Below are positions 59,601 to 64,000 of a DNA stretch of 64,000 bases, in pieces. Numbering within the stretch: position 1 is the stretch's first letter; each line of letters starts with the position of its first letter. The notes beneath the pieces are model-generated. The model saw only the letters and a list, made by a program, of their open reading frames with translations, did not search any database and was not told the origin of the DNA. Source of the DNA: Takakia lepidozioides. Lineage: Eukaryota > Plantae > Bryophyta. Made by a program: the position numbers and the translations under genes. The DNA lies in NCBI GenBank assembly GCA_030704615.1, contig CM060731.1:92380001-92444000 (forward strand), written 5' to 3'.

Positions 59601-62390
59601 TTGATATCTCTCCCGTTGAGGCTCCAACCATTGTCCCAGGAATGCCCACTTTGCCATTTTTGCTATTTTTTGTGAATTTCCAGCGACCAAAAGCACTTGG
59701 AATTCCACATCTCCCTCACCGCTTGTCCAAAAATCATGAGGCCAAGCCGGTGCACCCCTTCTCCCAGGAATGCCCACTTTGCTATTTTTCCCGAATTACC
59801 AACGGCCCAATGTCATCTAAGTAAGTTTTTTCTCCACAGAGCCTACGACCAGATTTGAACCGGAGACCTTTCCCTTGATATCTCTCCCGTCGAGGCTCCA
59901 ACCATTGTCCCAAGAATGCCCACTTTGCCAATTTTGCTATTTTTTGTGAATTTTCAGCGACCAAAAGCACTTGGAGTTCCACATCTCCCTCACCGCTTGT
60001 CCAAAAATCATGAGACCAAGCCGGTGCACCCCTCCTCATCAAGGGCTTTCCAATGGCACCAAGCACCCGTGCTGGGGCCCGCGGTTTGGGAGATCTCAAC
60101 GACGCTACAAAACAACGTCTAGCTTCATATATACTAGGGTAGCCTGTGCCGTTGGCCCAAGTCTCCAGTGTCATCTAAGCCCAAGTGCAATCTTCTATGT
60201 ATCCAAGTGCATCTTCCATGTAAAGGCCCAAGTGTCCACTGTCATCTATGCCCAAGTCCAATCTCCTATGTCGAGGCCCAAGTGCAACCTCTAGGGTAGC
60301 TGGTGCCGTTGGCCCAAGTGTCCACTGTCATCTAAGCCCAAGTGTAATCTTCTATTCATGTATCCAAGTGCATCTCCCATGTAGAGCCCCAATTGTCCAC
60401 TGTAATCTAAGCCAAAGTCTAATCTCCTATGTATCCAAGTGCGTCTCCTATGTCGAGGCCCAAGTTCAACCTCTAGGCCCTAGGGTAGCCTGTGTCGGTG
60501 GCCCAAGTGTCCAATGTCGTCAAAATCCAAGTGCATCAATATATGAAGCAAGCCATATCTAATCATTTTTTTTCCACAGAGCCTACGACCAGATTTGAAC
60601 CGGAGACCTTTCCCTTGATATCTCTCCCGTCGAGGCTCCCAACCATTGTCCCAGGAATGCCCACTTTGCCATTTTTGCTATTTTTTGTGAATTTCCAGCG
60701 ACCAAAAGTACTTGGAATTCCACATCTCCCACACCGCAGTCCAAACTTCATGAGACCAAGCCCGTGCACCCCTCCTCGTCGAGGGCTTTCCAACGGTACC
60801 AAGCACCAGCGCCGGGGCCTCGCGGTTTGGGACATCTCAACGTGACAAAACAAAACAAAACAAAACAAATGTCTTGCTTCATAGATTGATACTAGGGTAG
60901 CCTGTGCCGTTGGCTCAAGTGTCCAGTGTCATCTAAGTCCAAGTGCAATCCCCTATGTATCAAAGTGCGTCTCCTATGTCGAGGCGCAGATGCAACCTCT
61001 AGGGTAGCCTGTGCCGTTGGCCCAATTGTCCAGTGTCATCTAAGTCCAAGTGCAATCCCCCATGTATCTAGAGACCCTCCTGTTTGGGAGATCTAGGCCT
61101 AGGGTAGCCTGCGCCATTGGCCCATGGGTTAAGAATGAAATCTAAGTCCAAGTGCAATCCCCTATGTATTCAAGTAGCGTCTCCTATGTCAAGGCCCATG
61201 TGTGAAGAATTGAAATCTAAGCCCAAGTGCAATTTCTTATGTATCCAAAGTGGGTCTCCTATGTCGAGGCCCACGTGCAATCCTCTATTCAAGTATATAG
61301 GGTAACCTGTGCCGTTGGCCCAAGTGTCCAATGTCATCTAAGTCCAAGTGCATCAATATATGAAGCAAGCCAATATCTAATCAATTTTTTTCCACAGAGC
61401 CTACGACCAGATTTCAACCGGAGACCTTTCCCTTGATATTTCTCCTGTCGAGGCTCCCACCATTGTCCAAGGAATGCCCACTTTGCAATTTTCCGTGAAT
61501 TTCCAGCAACCCAAAGTAGTTGAAATTCCCCACACTGCGGGACCAAAAATCATGAGACCAAGCCCGTGCACCCCTCCTCCTTGAGGGCTTTCCAACCAAG
61601 CACCAGGGTTGGGCCCCGTGGTTTGGGACATCTCAACGTGACAGAACAAACAAAACAAAACAAACATCTAAGTCCAAGTGCAATCCCCTATGTATCTAGA
61701 GACCCTCCTATTTGGGAGATCTAGGCCTAGGGTAGCCTGCACCATTGGCCCATGTGTTAAGAATTGAAATCTAAGTCCAAGTGAAATCCCCTATGTATTC
61801 AAGGCCCATGTGTGAAGAATTGAAATCTAAGCCCAAGTGCAATTTCTTGTGTATCCAAGTGGGTCTCCTATATCGAGGCCCAAGTGCGACCTCTAGTATA
61901 GCCTATGTCGTTGGCCCATGTGTGTAGAATAGAAATCTAAGCCCAAGTGCAATCTTGTATTCATGTATCCAAGTGCATCTCCCGTGTATAGGCCCAAGTG
62001 TCCAGTGTCATCTAAGTCCAAGTGCAATCCCATATCTAATCATTTTTTTTTCCGGAGAGCCTACGACCAGATTTGAACCGGAGACATTTCCCTTGATATC
62101 TCTCCCGTCGAGGCTCCAACCATTGTCCCAGGAATGCCCACTTTGCCATTTTTGCTATTTTTTGTGAATTTTCAGCGACCAAAAGTACTTGGAATTCCGT
62201 ATCTCCCACACTGCAGGTCCAAAAATCATGAGACCAAGCCGGTGCGCCCCTCCTCCTTGAGGGCTTTCCAATGGTACCAAGCACTAGCGTTGGGGCCTCG
62301 CAGTTTGGGACATCTCAACGTGACAAAACAAACAAACAAACAAACATACAAAGAAACAAACAAATCGTCTTAATTCATATATTGCTATAT
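56620..62390 (-). mobile_element. Complex tandem array of non-autonomous Helitron-like units
   Basis: More than 20 copies of CTAGGGTAGCCTGTGCCGTTGGCCCA (on -, a hairpin followed by CTAG); about 6 longer units ending CTTCATATATTGA or variants (on -, a TC start); direct CTAG|TC junctions at 56849/56850 and 58501/58502. Confidence 0.7.
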
Positions 62391-64000
62391 ATTACCGGAA
62401 CAGGGATTGTAACCCTGATTGATTTTATTATAAATTATTGGAAGGGGAAAAAAATTAAAACCCCATTTACGCCATAAGGCACACATCGTATTTAGTGTAT
62501 CACGATCCAACCATCTCCTTTTGGAGATTAAGTCCACAAGACAAAAAAACCCGTGTCCCTACTAAAGACACTTACACTGTGACCAGTGTTCCCCGAGCCG
62601 AAACAACTCCGAACGGAGATAAAGTCCAATAGACCAAAGAACCATGCACACTGCCCAAGACCTGATACAGAAGAGACACTTAACCTATTTGCTGTTGGTG
62701 TTTTGAAGACCATCGAGGATGACACAGAGGAGAGAGGTGATTGAAGTAATCAAGTCATTGACCACTGTGGATCAAAGAGAACTCCCTATCTATAGTGTAG
62801 TTTGGAAGCTGTTGTGGAGGGCTTTTGATGCTTCCAGTTGACCTTCCTTTCAAATTCCGGGGAAAGAGTGGAGTGGTGCACGGAGATCTCGCCAAGCCTG
62901 TGGGGGGAGCTCATTCCAGTTGCACTGGTCTTGCGTAGGGCTGCTGCATATGAGGATCTGTCTGCCCCAGGTGTGTTGAAAGTTCATGTGGATCGCTGCT
63001 GCATTGATAGGGTCTCATTGAATGTCTGCACAAAGTTTGCCCCAGGTTTTCCTCCCCTCAGTTTGCAAATCAATGAAGATCGAGGCAAGGAGGCAGGAAA
63101 TCATTGCAGTTTGACCACTAAACGTGTTTTTACAACGTATTTTCCACAGGTGCCACATTGCAGAAGCTCTGAGTGTTTTGAATATCGGGCAGTTGAGGGC
63201 TCTATTCTTAGAGATAGGGTCATAGTTTAGCAGTAGATCTGTGTGAGAGAGATCTCTGTAATTCCAGCATCTGTAAAACGATTTAACAGAGGGCCATATC
63301 TTAGCCGGAACTTGACATGTCAGTAGACAATGTTCTAAGGTTTCCAGGACCGCCATTGAGCAACAAGCACACATCACTGCTCCCTGGAACTGAAGCCATT
63401 CACCCACTTTGAGAACCCTATTGACTATTTGCCATAGGAAGGTTGCAATCTTTGATGGACGAGTTTTAATCCAGACAGAACCCCAGATCGTAGTTCTCGT
63501 CTCGGAAGTTGTACAGGCCCCATCTAGATTCCCATTTTTTGCACATAGGCTGGGTTACTGACAGGGCTCTATAGCCTTTTTTTGTAGTGTATGCAAAGAG
63601 TGGTTCTGCTTAGTTTTTGAATTTCCAGGACCATTCCAGGGGGTCAATCTCCATTTCTGCCCGGGGCTTGCCGAGAATCCATACAAATGAGTTGGTTGCC
63701 AACCAAGCCCTAGGAGTGGTAAAAGTGGGTGGAGGCTGGGGATTCATGGCTTTGTCTAGGGCTGTCCAGCAGCAAATTCTCACTGGAGTAAGAGCCATAG
63801 TTGGTATGCTTACGGGTTCTGGAGAGGTAAGTGAGAGTCTAAGTGAAGTGGTATTGATGGTGAAGGTGTAAACCGATATATCGTTCGTGGTGATGTCATC
63901 TACAAACATAATAGTAAGTTGGTTTTGAAGTACAACGAGGGCCCAAGACTTGAGTTGGTTTCGGAGGGCTAGAGGAAAGGGTAGAGAGCCATTGTGCCGG
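62390..64000 (-). mobile_element. L1-like LINE, ORF2 C-terminal region and 3' UTR
   Basis: IWGSVW...PSKIATFLWQIVNRVLKVGEWL...CACC....ETLEHCLLTC (zf-RVT) and WHLWKIRC; AATAAA on - at about 62424-62429. Confidence 0.8.

Noticed and set aside
56774-62477. Many 60-130 aa ORFs in the tandem array
   Set aside because: Repetitive translations of non-coding repeat units with no domain signal

Overview
Eukaryotic, land-plant-like DNA (PLS-type PPR relic, GT-AG introns) made almost entirely of nested transposable elements. No intact host gene, rRNA, tRNA or CRISPR is visible. 1-32346: a cluster of one non-chromovirus Ty3/Gypsy family (LTR, PBS, extra 5' ORF, gag-PR-RT-RH-INT, 3' accessory ORFs). It comprises a rearranged copy A and two near-identical copies, B (+) and C (-), that form a ~23 kb inverted repeat around a chromovirus fragment. 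32347-56600: a PPR relic, then a CACTA transposase split by a ~19 kb Mutator-like (MULE) element. That MULE carries a GCM-like/DDE/SWIM transposase and, divergently, a spliced gene with a ParB/Sulfiredoxin-like domain and a bacterial-type beta-class N6-adenine/N4-cytosine DNA methyltransferase domain; this is the best candidate for an undescribed system. One intron of that gene holds a second 7.5 kb TIR element (10-bp TSD) with a 16-bp palindrome phased at ~63 bp. 56620-62390: a head-to-tail array of Helitron-like ends. 62390-64000: the 3' part of an L1-like LINE. All family calls rest on motif recognition by eye, with no database searches; counts are approximate.
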